Shown: positions 25,632 to 37,694, numbered from the stretch's first letter. The stretch is DNA of 64,000 nt from Hyaloraphidium curvatum SAG 235-1 (GCA_025558095.1 JAIVFI010000040.1:124001-188000), one strand, 5' to 3'. A program made the numbers and translations. Notes: generated by a model not told the origin, from the letters alone.

Positions 25632-26361
25632 TTACAAGGAGCTCAAGATCGAGGCACTGAAGGGGTCCTGGAACTGGGCTACCTTCCTAAGGGAACTACT
25701 TGTATACTATGGCGGCGAAGATGGTAGGGAGATGTGGGAGAAGGACACTTTCTCATGGCCCAAGGAGACTGTGGAGAATCTTGTGAAGGGCAAGTTCAGG
25801 GAGATCAATGCCCAAAGGCTCAAGGACAACGACAAACTGCACTTTTGGAGGACGTGTGACATGACCTTTGGCCACATCGGACCATCCCTGATCCGGGTGG
25901 AGAAGCACCGGAGGGATGTCCAAAAGCTGCTGTGCTCTACCCACGACCTGGAGGTGGAGACAGGCAGGCACCAAGGACTTGAGGTGCAGCAGAGGGTGTG
26001 CAAACATGACGCTGAGCACATTGGAGACGAACAACATTTTCTGTTCCACTGTTCAGCAAATGCAGAGCGGCGCCAGAAGCTGCAGACCAGATTGGAAGCA
26101 CTGGGCCGCGAGTGGAACATGGAGACCTGGCTCTGGGCTCTTAGCATCAAGGAGTTCGAGCCCACGATCAAAATGAGGCGGCAGAAGGAGAAGGCCCTCA
26201 ACTCCATTGCCAGCTTCATCTCAAAGTCCATGAAGGACAGGAAAACTGGGAAAAAGAAAAAGACACACGACGACGATGAACTTTGCAATTAGCAGCAAAC
26301 TCATGGTGTAACAGCGGCCAAGCCAGGGGCAGGTCCGGGTCACCAATACTATTCTATTCTA
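25632..26361 (+). mobile_element. 5'-truncated LINE copy 2 (same family) with 3' UTR and (TATTC)n tail; TSD GATCT
   Basis: Similar to 24157-24376 and 27159-27481. The ORF ends at 26292 and the tail is TACTATTCTATTCTA. GATCT occurs at 25627-25631 and 26362-26366. Removing the insert restores Copia ESGEIQL. Confidence 0.88.
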
Positions 26362-27555
26362 GATCTCTCCACTCTCGATCTTCTCCCTCACAAAATGGTA
26401 CTGCACTCCAATGTGCTTGGTACGTTCATGGAAGACCGGATTCTGTGCCAGCTTGATAGCTCCTTCATTGTCCTCCTTTATGACTGTAGGCCCTTGCTGA
26501 GAAAACCCCAATTCCTCCAATAAGCTCCTTAGCCACGCAACTTGTCGTCCAAGATAAGACAGAGCCATGTACTCGGCCTCTGTTGTTGAAAGAGCCACCA
26601 CTGGTTGCAGTTGCGACTTGTAGATGATAAGCTAAGACCGTTCCCCATCATCACTACAACCCCAGTTGTTGACTTCCCAGTGTCAAGATCCCCAGCAAAA
26701 CTGGCGTCTGCATATCCATGCAATGCTTTGGTCATGTCCAGATTCGGATCCCTCTTGTAAACCAAGCCAAAGTCAGCTGTTCCCTTCAAGTATCTGGTTG
26801 TCTTCTTGACTTGCTCCACTGCTTCACGAGTAGGTGTGTGAAGGTGCCATCCCATGACGGCTCTCCGTGATAATAGGTAAGGCAATGTCCGGCCTGGTGA
26901 AGTTCATGGCATACATCCAGCTTCCCACCATTGATCTGAACGGAAAACGTTCGATTTCCTGCTCCTCAGCAGCAGACAACTCTGTGTTCCGTTTCCTGAG
27001 CTTCACCCCAACGTCCATAGGTACAGAAACTGCGTTGCAAGTGTCCATTCCGAAATCCTCCAAGGCTTTCTTGATGTAGTTGGACTGCTTGATCGTGATT
27101 GTACCAGCATTCTCGTCCTGTTTGACTTCCAGAGCCAAGAATTTCTTCATGCGACCCATGTGCTCTACCCACGACCTGGAGGTGGAGACAGGCAGGCACC
27201 AAGGACTTGAGGTGCAGCAGAGGGTGTGCAAACATGACCCTGAGCACATTGGAGACGAACAACATTTTCTGTTCCACTGTTCAGCAAATGCAGAGCGGCG
27301 CCAGAAGCTGCAGACCAGATTGGAAGCACTGGGCCGCGAGTGGAACATGGAGACCTGGCTCTGGGCTCTCAGCATCAAGGAATTCAAGCCCACGATCAAA
27401 GTGAGGCGGCAAAAGGAGAAGGCCCTCAACTCCATTGCCAGCTTCATCTCAAAGTCCATGAAGGACAGAAAACTGGGAAAATGAACGAGTTGGTTGCGGG
27501 GTGGCGGATCAACTTCCGTGAAAACCCTTTCGCCTGCCCCGAATTTCCACTTGCG

Positions 27556-30500
27556 ATGCTCGCCGGCGGGAGAGACTCCGACGATGTCGAGGAAGAGGAG
27601 GAAGTAAACGAGCTAAATGAGTCGGAGGAAGAGCTGTCGGAAGCGGAAAGCGTCGGGGATGGCGAGGGCGACGACGGGCACGACGCGGAGGAGGAAGCGC
27701 GCCTAACGCTGGAAGGACGCGTCCTCAACCTCTGCCACGCGATCGGAGGCTTCGAAAGGGAGCCGGCAGCTGGCGATTCGGATGACGGACCGAAAAAGTG
27801 GACCTACGTGCTGGGGGACGAGTGTCTCGGTGGGTTCCGCGGCCGACTCGATGCGATGTAATCGCCCTCAACACTCTTCAGACTGCCTCCGCGACCTTAA
27901 GCGACTTTTGAGGAAACACGATGCGGTCGACGACAAGCCGCTGTTCCGTTTCCTGGGCCGGCAGCGGGTGATCAACGACTTGATTGCCATCCTCACGTAC
28001 CACCCAACAAAGGAGCGGATCTGTGCCGCCGTCGGTCAGTGTCTGCGTTCACGAGCCCGGCAGCTGGTGGCTGGAAAGCTCAACGACCACAGTCGAGCTC
28101 CTTGTGCCCATGACATGGCCGGTCACGGTGGAGTCCGAGCACGCCCCCGAAATGCTGGAGATCTTGCGGACCTACAAGGAGGCATTCGCCAAACCCGGCC
28201 CCTACGGCGCTCTCTTTGCCATGATGGTTCGGATCATGGGCGTGCCTTCTGCGTGAGCGGACTTTGGCTTGGTTTGCTGCCTCTGGTGTTCACCCTCCCG
28301 GCAAAGCGAGAGAACTCCCCGCGACAGTGGAATCCTGAAGTTCATTCTCCTGCTCATTACGAATCTCCTGAGCATCAAGGATCCCCAAGCATCAGTTCGC
28401 TCTACCACTGAGAACTTCCTACGCTCAAACTTGCAGGTGGGTTGGGTTCAAGGCGTAGGTTGCTGTGTTGCGGAATCTTTGTTTCCTGGCGCAGGACGAG
28501 CTCATAACTCGCCTCGACGAAGAGCACATCCTCGAATTCCTGGTCACGCTTGCCGGCTCGCTCGTCGACATGCGGTTCTCCGAGTGGAACGTGGACCTGC
28601 TCAATATCTTCTGCCTCGTTTTTCAGGACCGCGACCCTGCAGATATTCTTGCCTTGGTACATTCTCACCGGACCGTACGGCTCGGTCTCTCATTCCCCAT
28701 CCAAACGACAGTCCAAGAACGGAGGTTCCAAATCAAGTTCTGCGGGGTCGGTTAACCGGACCGCACAGCCGCCCTTCAAAACCAGTCGTCATTCACGTTT
28801 CGGCGGTGCCTTTACCATAAAGCTCGGCGTGCGTTCCGTCATTATGCCGCGTTCTTCAGCGTCGGTGACAGACTTGGCTTGCAGGATGGCAGGCCGGTCA
28901 ATGTGTTTCAGCAAAGCGCTGCGTTCGTCCCTACCGAAGTCTTGCTGGACAAAGGCAAGAAGGAGAAGCCCCAGCGAGCCCCGGTGGTCCTGGTAAGTTT
29001 GCGTTTTCAGATGTTCGAAACATCTCTGCAAGCACGGCTCTCCCCAGGAGTCCGAGAGCGTGAAGAAGAAGGCCTCGTCGAAGACGAATGCCATCCTGCG
29101 AACCTTGGCGGACTCTATACTCGAGAGTGCTCTGAACCGTGCGTTTCCTGCCCATGTGCTTGCCACCTGTACTCATCCCGATGCTAGCCTTCATGGCCTC
29201 GGTTAAGCGCGACTTTGACATCGAGAGCGCCAAGGTCCGCGATCAGGACGTCATCCAATTTTTCGATCTCTGCTCCTTCTTTCTGCAGTACCAGCTCCTC
29301 GGGTACAGCACAGTACGACAAGGCACATCGCCGTGGCGCTTCGATCCTAACTGCTGTCCGCAGGACCCGGACGCCGATGCCTACAACTTCGAGGGCATAG
29401 CTTCGGTAATGAACCTCCGCATGCTCATCTTTGTCACCCGCAAGATGCAGCTCTTTCACGACGAGAAGGTCGGCGGTGATGCGCGTCCGTCACGACTAAG
29501 CTGATTCCCCGTTGTCAGCAATGGTCAAACCTAAACGCTGCTTTGCTCTGCTTTAAGGACATGGTGGGTTGTCCACTCTGCGACCTCTTCAGCGCTGACC
29601 GCTGCTTCGCAGCTTGTTTCTTTAGAGAAAATGGAGACCCTGGAGGATGAGCAGCTGCACGAGGTTTCGGAGAGCTTGCAGCACAACCTGTTTTACGAAA
29701 GCGCTCGCATGGATCTGATTGAAAGGATGTGCAAAGGCTTCAAGCCCAACGTGAACGGCCGCAGGTAGGTCATGGTCGCACCCTCACGCTTGCCTGCGTT
29801 CAATGATCTCTCCAGCTACCTAGTGCGCCTGATCGAGACGGTACACATCTTCCTCCGGATGCTCGAACGGTTTTCGAAAAAGAAGCGGCATCTTTTCGTT
29901 CGGTCTTCGCGCGCGATTGCGAAGAAGAAGAAGCAGGATGGGATGGGTATGTTGCGAAGCGCATCTGCTCGGTTTTGGCACTGAAGAAGACGCATAGACG
30001 AGGGCAGCGAACACGCGAATGCATCCGACGCCGACTCCGGGGCGGAGAAGCAGAAGTATCGGGAGGTGGAGTTTGATTTTCAGAAAGTGGAACAGGTGGG
30101 CGTGACGCTACTCCCGGTGGTCTTGACTGACGTCGCGCCGGCAGAAATTCGCGTCGCAATCCACGATAGCCACGTATTGCTTCTTGCTGAAGGAATATGC
30201 TAATCTTCGTCCGGACCTACTGCACTGCATCACTCGCATGTTCTACCGCATCTCTGTCAAGCAGTCGTTTGATGCACTGTTTTTCCAGGCATGCATCACG
30301 CGCTTGCGCTTGCCTCAGCTGGCGTGGCTGACGCTCCTTGGCAGCTTTCAACTCTCAAGCTCTTCAGCGCGATCGTTGCCAACCGGCGCCAGCTCCCACC
30401 GGGCGATCATTCGAAAGAGTTGATGCAGCTGATTCAGCACATCACTCGGAGATTTGTCGCTGGCATATCGTCAAACTACCTGCTCGGCATGGAGGTGAGG

Positions 30501-32274
30501 CTTCGGTGATGTTCCGCCAGCTCTTGCTTATCGGAAGCCAGGTCTTCTTCGGCCGGACGAGGCACGAATGCAGAACTCTCGAGATGACTCCGGAGGAGCT
30601 TCTGGAACTCGAAGCGAAACGACAGGCAGAGGTAGGCCTTGCAACGACTTTGACCACCGTTTACAACTAATCACATCACGCCGCTGCGTTGTCGCTTTCA
30701 GGCGACAATCAAGTAGGGCCCGGACTCTTCCCGCGCGAGAAGCCGGCTAATCCAGCGATCCGCAGGTCGGACGACGAAGTGGAAGTCAAGAAGTCGCTCA
30801 AATGGAGCGAGCAGGTCGGCGTGGCTGTTTCCGTACTGGTGGAAACCGGGAAAGTTACTCTGGTCCGGTGGCTCATAACGGCAAGTCGCCACGCCATCAT
30901 GCGTGGTTTGGGCAGCTGTTGATCTCGGCTTTTCCAGGAACTGGAAACTGTGGCCGCCGCTCGCGAGCCAACTGCAGATCGATTGGTCAGGGACGATCCC
31001 GAAGAAGGAGACGACGAAGCTCCGACGGAGTACTTTGCCGCTCACTGTGGGGGCGAAGGAAGTGCCCGCTCGAGTACCCGAGCTGACGAACCCCTCCAGA
31101 CGTCTCGGTGGCGGATGAAGATGTCCAGCAAGCCCTCAAGAAGAACTCGGTGCTGCGCCTCCTTCTGACCCTCGTCGGGTTCCACGAGGAACGTGCGGGG
31201 ATCACGGGGGATTCCGAGGACGACGACGATGACAGGCATCTGGACGAGGACGGGAATCCGATCCCTAAAGTCTGGCGTCTTCCAGGGAATCTTGGCCGAA
31301 CGAAGCTGGAGGGCCACAAGACTCTGATCGAAGGGTTCATCGACAATCCGGTTCGCTTGGATGGGAAGGAGGCATCCAAGGTATGCTGAGGGCTGTAAGC
31401 TCCGCGGATGCACTATGGTCGCTCATTCTCTGCAAGTATCTGCGAAAACGGCGCCCTAGGGCAGAGAGGCCGCGCAAGGAGCGTAAGAGCAAGGAAAAGC
31501 CCGCGAAGGAGGACAAGAAGAACTACCTTTCGGCGCAGTTCGTGAAAGAAGACGACGACGAAAGCTCCGACGAAGAGTTCTTCCGCCTCGAGGCGGAGCG
31601 TCGAGAACGGTATCGGCTTGCGCATGTTGCCGCCATGCAGGAGGCGGAAGTCGGGCGCCAGGAGGCGGCCGCCGCCAAGGCGAAGCTGAAGGTCCCGGCC
31701 AAGCGCGCGCCAAAGAAATCAGCGCCTCGAGATCCCGTGCCGGGAGACGAATCGTCGGATGAGCAACCTGGAAGCCCCAGCGAAGAATCGGAATCGGCGC
31801 AGGAATCCCAAGACGACGAGCAACCGGGTCGGCTGGATGGACTTCGTTCAGCACGCCGCGTTCGACGGACGCAGCCTTCCCACACGCCGTCGGGTGCTGC
31901 CTCCGAGGCCTCTAATCCGGACGATCCGGATAGCCGGCAGAACTCCGATGGATCCGATGACTCCCCCAAAGGCAGAGAAGATGATTCTATGGAGGATGCG
32001 GCCGACAACGCCAAATCGAATTCTCCGGCGCGGCCGGGCCGCAGTTTGCAGCGGCCTGCAGGACTCTCTGCTGCATCCACGGTACCGTCGTCGCCCCAGC
32101 AACCGGAACAATCGGGCGCGAGAGCCGACGTAAGCGAAGCCTCCGAAGAAGAGCTCGGCGGGTCACGCAAGTCGGGGCCCAAAAAGCGGCGGGTGGTGCT
32201 TTCGGTAAGCACGAGCTTGAGCATGCACTTCCTCGCTCCTCACAAAAATCTAGGATGACAGCGACGACGACTGA
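27556..32274 (+). CDS. TOF1: Timeless/Tof1/Swi1 replication fork protection protein (many introns)
   Basis: Motifs: LCHAIGGFE, YVLGDECL-DCLRDLKRLLR, ELLVPMTWP, SRHSRFGG, LIETVHIFLRMLE, FFQ-LS and LRLLLTLVGF. The C-terminus is acidic and low-complexity. Confidence 0.88.
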
Positions 32275-33138
32275 GCAGGCGGCGAATCCGAGGAAGCCAT
32301 CGCTGCACGGAGCGCGGCGACCTCGGCCTCCAGCCGCGCGATCTCGTCGTTGAGACGCTTCTCCTGCGGGCCCTCGACGAGATACGCCCATTCCGGTGGT
32401 TGCAAGTGTTTGTTCGACCACTCGGAAACCGCGTCCAAGAAGTCGAAGAGAGGATTGCTCTCCTCGCTCGGCGGCGCCGTGGGGTCCGGCGGCCCGGGAC
32501 GAGCACGGTTGGCCGTCGGTCCGGTATCCCGCAGGCGGAAGTTCTCCAGGAAGGATTTCCACTCTTCGGGGGTCGATCGTTGGTAGCGGTCGTAGAATAG
32601 CACGGCCATCTGCCCTGTGCCACCAAGAGCCGCTCCCAGTGTCCCATAAGCGAGCGTTCCGTACAGTGAGCCTGTCGACCGGTCGGCATGCGTGTCCGGC
32701 GCCGAGAGCGTGGAACTCACGAAGAGCGAGGGTCCCGAAGCCTGCACCCCAGACAGCACCCGCCTGAGCGCTTGCCAGGGTGGAGCGGACCGCAAAGGTC
32801 TTGGAGAGGGCTTCATCGGAAGGTTGCCGAGCGAGCAGCGCGCGTCGAGTGACTGGCCCGGGTGTCGGCTCCAAGGAACCACGGCGGACGGCACCACCCA
32901 CTCTGAAAGCCAAGCGATCCTAGAGTGACACTACCGCTTGCAGCGATCGCGTACTGCCCTATCCTGTCCCGGCGGCCGACGCGCACAGCGATTGCGGCCC
33001 CGATGACCGCCCCGACAGCCCCTGCGAGTCGCGCTGCTCCAGCTCCCGCGACATCGGACCCGGAGGACGAAGCTAACCGCATCCTAGGGCAAAGAGCGCC
33101 AACTCTCGTCTCTGCTCTCGATTCCGTAGCGCTTCCAT
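32250..33138 (-). CDS. Tim17-like glycine-rich membrane protein with C-terminal coiled coil (multi-exon)
   Basis: GxxxG-rich hydrophobic segments (GAVGAVIGAA, GTLAYGTLGAALGGTGQ) precede the C-terminal RLNDEIARLEAEVAALR. The first exon is MEALRNREQRRELALFALGC. Confidence 0.5.
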
Positions 33139-33191
33139 TGGCTAGTCAACAGACCATGTCTCAGCAACCCCCGTGATCGCTCGGCCGCCAA

Positions 33192-34588
33192 TCAGCTGAA
33201 GGCGGTCTCGGCAAAGGCCTGTAAAGGGGACGGCATGAGAAACAGAAGCAGGCGATCGCTAGCCAAAAACATACTTCGTCGTCCATCAGACCGCTGAACG
33301 ACACGGCGCCGCCCCCGCCTCCCTTCTCGGCCTGGACCTGCTTCGAGAGGAAGTCGCGGCTGACGCCCAGCTGCCGATCCATCTTGACCACCGATTCATT
33401 GACGGCAAGGGTCCGATCGATGAGTTCGTTGAGCTTCCGGACGCTCTGCTCGTCGTCGTAGCCGGCCGGGGGATCGCGGAACTCCACCATGCCCTGTCGC
33501 TGGTCCACCGCCGCGTCGATCTCATCGTTCTCGACCATGACGCGCAGGAGGCTCTCGAGATCCGGCAGGCCCTCGGCGGCCTCCCCGCCCTTGCCGGCCT
33601 GCGAGTCCATGCCGAGCTGCTTCGCGATGTCGTCGAGCGAGAGCGTCACGTAGGTCTGAGTCAGCTTGGCCACGTTCCGCCTCCACAGCGCATCGACGAG
33701 CTGCTTCGCGAGCCCGTCGTTGCGGTCCTTTGCGAACTGGGCCTGGTGCTTCTGGTACTCGCTCCTGAGGCGCGACACGCTGCCCGACTCGTACGCGGCG
33801 GCCAGCTCGAGGTACGGGCCGGCCTTTGCCTTTGCGGCGCGTCCGACGCAGGGGGCCATGTACTTTGGCAGCGCGCGGATCCTGCCGTGCTCCTTGAGCG
33901 AGATCAGCACGAACTTCTTGTACGCCTCGATCTGGATCGCCGACGTGACCTGGGCGGGCGCGGTGATTGCGAGCGCGAGGGCGTCGAGCGCCCTGGCGTG
34001 CTTGCCGAGGCCCTCGAGCACCATGCCGGCGTAGTAGTGGTACAGCAGGAAGTCCTGGATGCGCGTGTCGCACACGGGCTCGACGTCGGTGATGGGCACG
34101 TCGATCACTGCCAGCGCGGGCTTGTAGGCGCGAGCGAGGAGGCAGGCTCGCAGCAGCAGCGGGTGCAGCGCGGTGAGGTGGCCGGGGTGGGCGGCGAAGC
34201 GCGCGATGGCGGCCAGCAGCGTGCGCACGGCCAGCAGTGGGGCGCCCGCGGCCTCCGCGACGCGCAGCACGCCCCTGCCGACGGCGGTGAGCAGGTCGGG
34301 CGCGAGCAGCAGCTGGTCGCGCGAGAGGCGCGCGGCGAACGCGGCGGCGAGCGGCAGCGCGTCGGGCGGCGGCGGGTCGGCGGCCAGCTGCGCGGCGAGG
34401 ACGGCGGCGAAGCCCGCGGAGTGCTCCGCGGCGTCGAGCGCGTGCAGCGGGTTGAGGCCGCCGGCGCCGGGCGCGCCGAGCACCGCCGGCGCCGCGCCCC
34501 GCAGCGCCGCCACGTACGACTTCGGCCAGCGGTCGGGCAAAGGCCCCGCCGCGTGGATCGCCGCGATCACCTCGTCCACGCTCGCCAT
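33192..34588 (-). CDS. CSN3: COP9 signalosome subunit 3
   Basis: Motifs: HLTALHPLLLRACL, FLLYHYYAGM, SAIQIEAYKKFVLISL and the PCI domain LTQTYVTLSLDDIA. A last intron gives AFAETAFS*. Confidence 0.92.
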
Positions 34589-34692
34589 CGGGGGGGCGTG
34601 CTGAACGCGTTCCTCGACGCGTCCGATCAACCACGAGACATCCCCCCAACCCCCCCAACCCAGCCCCCAACCCCTTCCGCCTCCTCCCTCCA

Positions 34693-35673
34693 ATGGCCGC
34701 CGCTCACGTAGGCCGCCCCGCCCGCAGCCCCGCCCCGCTCACGCCCCGCAGCCGCCCGGCGCCCTCGAGGCTGCCAACTTCCTCCGCAGCAAGGACTCGA
34801 AGGTGCGCTGCAAGGACGGCGTCATGGACGGCAGGCGGATAGAGTACTTCAAGGGTGCGTGGCCCGCTGCCCCCCCGGCGCATTGCATTCACCCCCGTCA
34901 AGGCAAGTCCGCCGTCAAGGCCCTGCTGCTGCCCGCCTACGCCGGCCCCAAGCGGCCGCCGGTAAAGTCGGCGGACGAGGCAGCGGACCTGCTCAACCAG
35001 CTGCTGCACGAGGGCCTCTTTGTCCGCGCGGACAAGATCCAGCCAAAGGGGCGCTACTTCCGGCCCGTGCCGCACCAGACCTTCCACCCCGACGGCTACT
35101 ACGTGTGGATATACCAGGGGAGCCAGTGGAAGACGTACCTGATCGGCAGCGGCCTGATCGCAATCGCGCTGGCCGGCGTCATGTTCCCGCTGTGGCCGGT
35201 GCAGCTGCGCGTCGGCGTGTGGTACATCAGCGTGACCCTCCTCGCGCTGCTGGGCGTCTTTTTCGGCATGGTGCTCGTGCGCTTCCTCCTCTACATCGCG
35301 ACGACGCTGGTCTATCGCGGCCAGGGACTGTGGATCTTTCCCCGGCTGTTCGACGATCTGTCGATCGTCGAGTCCTTCCAGCCTTTCTACGAGTGGGAAC
35401 TGTCAAAGTGGGTCGAGCGTGTGTGCTCCGCTGGGAACCTGCTCATCGTTTTGTGGTCTTATCAGAGAGGAGAAAGAGCTGCTGGCAAACCGGGCGCGGA
35501 GCGATGCCGAGGAAGACGGCGAGGAGGCTGGGGATGCGGCTTCGGGGACTGACGCAGCGCAAACGACCGCCGCGGCACCCGCAGACGAGGGAGCCCCGGC
35601 AAACTCTGACAAGGCGGACGGCAAGAGCGACGCGAGCCCGGCGGGAACGGCGCGGCGGCGAAAGAACAAGTAG
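34693..35673 (+). CDS. SEC62: ER translocation protein SEC62
   Basis: Motifs: RRIEYFKG, QTFHPDGYYVWIYQG, GVMFPLWP and GLWIFPRLFDDLSIVESFQPFYEW. Confidence 0.93.
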
Positions 35674-35734
35674 CAATTAGAATACCCTAATACTGGTCCC
35701 GAACACGTGTGCCTCCGGTCGACCGAACGAGCGA

Positions 35735-37345
35735 CTAGCTTTTGGAAAGTCCGAAAACCTGGAGTGCCTCTTGCACTGCCTCCTTGTCCCCAGTGTACTT
35801 GTCGGGCTCGTCGCTGAGCTTGACCACGGGGATCTGCTTGTCCGCTGGGAGATGGACAGGGTGAGGGAGGGCAGCCGCAAGAATACAAGTCCACTGACCT
35901 GGCGTGCGAGCGACCGAATGGAGCTTGATGACGATGTTGAGCGTGGACGACGACTTCGCCGGGTCGGAGATGAACTTGAAGTCGTTCGTCAGGTGGGTCC
36001 CGATCCCGAAGCGCGATTCGATGCCCTTCGAGTCCGCGTACTTCTTGTAGCGAAGGCACTTTGCGATGCTCAGGGCGTCGGAGAACACAATGACTTTCTC
36101 GGCCGGATCGATCCCGAGCTTCTTGTAATGGCCCACGATCTGGAATCGTTGCGTTATGGAAGACTCACACCTTGGCGCAATACTCAGCTCACCTTGTCCA
36201 CGTAGACCGTGGCGTCTCCGGAATCGTGTCGCGTGCCCCTGTACATATCTGCCAGGTTGTCGTCGAAGTCTTCGAGGAACGCATCGACCCCTGGAAGGCC
36301 CTTCAGTCCATGATCCAGCGCAGCCGCCGACCGATCCCACCAAAGGTGTCGGACAAAGCTATCCGGAAATCCGGCCCCGTGTAGGTCGATGCCCACTGGC
36401 GGACGTTCCGATTAGCACAAAAGCTCTTTCGAGCGCGAGCCAATGCACGCACCTTGGAGAGTGCCATCTTGTTTGCGTGCTTCAACCCGGTCGTTGCTTC
36501 CAGCGCACTTAGGGCCATGGTCCACTATGGTCACAGTCATCATGAGGCAAACCGCCCGCAGCGTCCGGCGGACAACCAACCTCGTGGGCGACAGTCCCGA
36601 CTGGCCGCAGGTTGTACAGACGTGCAAAGTTCACGTTGCTGGTCCCCGAGCAGTGAGAGAACGGCTTGCCCGTCTTCTCGATCTCCGCGAAATGGGCCTT
36701 GGCCAGTTCCCGGATCACAGTCTCCTGCGCGCGGTACGATCGTCGTCGCCGCGTGCCAAAGTCACTGAAGAAGCAGTCGCCCTCAAAGAGCTGCGCGATC
36801 TTGCGCCTGGCCTGCTCCCTTTGGTCCGCAGGGTGCATGTAGTCCCAGTCGGTTTCCACATACTCAAAGAAGGTCTCCGAGATGAGGTAGAGGATGGGGA
36901 CCTCGTACAGGATCACGTCGACCCACTTCCCGCGGATGTCAATCTCCACGATGCCCTCCGGTGTCAGGCTGACCTGGAGCTGCTCGCGCGGTCGGAACCG
37001 GAACTGCTTCAACCTCGCCACGAATGCGGGCTTCAGATACGGGGTCGTCGAGAGCAGCCACTGCTCTTCCTCGTCCGTGAGCGCCACGTGCTCCATGTCG
37101 TTCAGCTTTTTGACCAGGACGTCGTATGCTGGCTTCGGGAACACGTCCCGCTTCGGGTTCCGCGTCTTGAACCTGTAGTGAACGTACGCTTCCGGATAGT
37201 GCTCCGCAACGGCCTGCATCATCGTCAGCTTGTACCAGTCCGTGTCGAGGATCGACTGGACCCCATTCGGCGAGTACTTGTCGTCCTTATCCAGGTAATA
37301 GTCCCCCGTGTCGTCGACCGGTGGAACGGGGGTCGGAGGCATCAT
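35735..37345 (-). CDS. NPT1: Nicotinate phosphoribosyltransferase
   Basis: Motifs: SILDTDWYKLTM, DFGTRRRRS, GTSNV, GTVAHE, IALSDTFG, RHDSGD, VFSDAL, FGIGTHLTNDF and VKLSD. Confidence 0.93.
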
Positions 37346-37694
37346 TCCAAGTGCTGGGTGACACCTTAGGGTCCGATTCCCAGCAGAATCGGGCCGGATT
37401 CCACGATACCGATCGAGTGCAGGAGACGATTGAAATGGACACCAGAAATGAAACGCGGTCGCCAAGATCAAGGTGCGAGGAGAGGGACGCGAGCGCTACA
37501 CTGTGGGTTGCCCGCAAGCACGGCCGCGCGCGCTGCCAAAAACCTCGACTTGCGTGGCTCGCCGAATAGCGCTGCCTTGGCGTCGACGAGAGCAGCGACT
37601 CTCGGAGAGCATTTCGATCGTTGACCGGCGAGCGCATCGCAGCTGCCGCTTCCCCCGTGCGCGAAGGACGTAGAACCGTAGAACGGCAAAGCCG

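Larger units (their letters stand above)
24377..27158 (-). mobile_element. 5'-truncated Ty1/Copia retrotransposon (3' LTR + RT/RNase H remnant), interrupted by LINE copy 2
   Basis: Copia motifs: FLALEVKQ, TRPDIA, GYADASFAGD, VALSTTEAEY and HERTKHI. RNase H resumes below 25631 as IQLEYINTEDQLADLLTKQL...* (stop 25510). PPT GAGGGGGAG at 25463-25471. Confidence 0.88.
16000..27481 (+). mobile_element. Degenerate non-LTR retrotransposon (LINE copy 1; APE endonuclease + RT + C-terminal Cys/His motif), split by nested LTR elements into ~16000-17119, 22687-24376 and 27159-27481
   Basis: APE motifs GLTVFVRK, GVYIPP, IVIGDLNAHVG and STLDY occur with frameshifts. RT motifs are NYRGIS, QFGFR, FVDFTKAFDTV, GVKQGDPLSSLFF and FADD. 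The reading frame continues across the Gypsy insertion (MVAS|AEYVNK). Confidence 0.88.

Noticed and set aside
26824-27484. ORFs spanning the Copia-LINE junction that look like novel fusions
   Set aside because: They are chance read-through across a deletion junction between two decayed elements.
33522-34711. Long alternative-frame and antisense ORFs over CSN3 (similar ones over UPF2, GPI13 and SCC3)
   Set aside because: They are shadow ORFs caused by high GC and codon bias.
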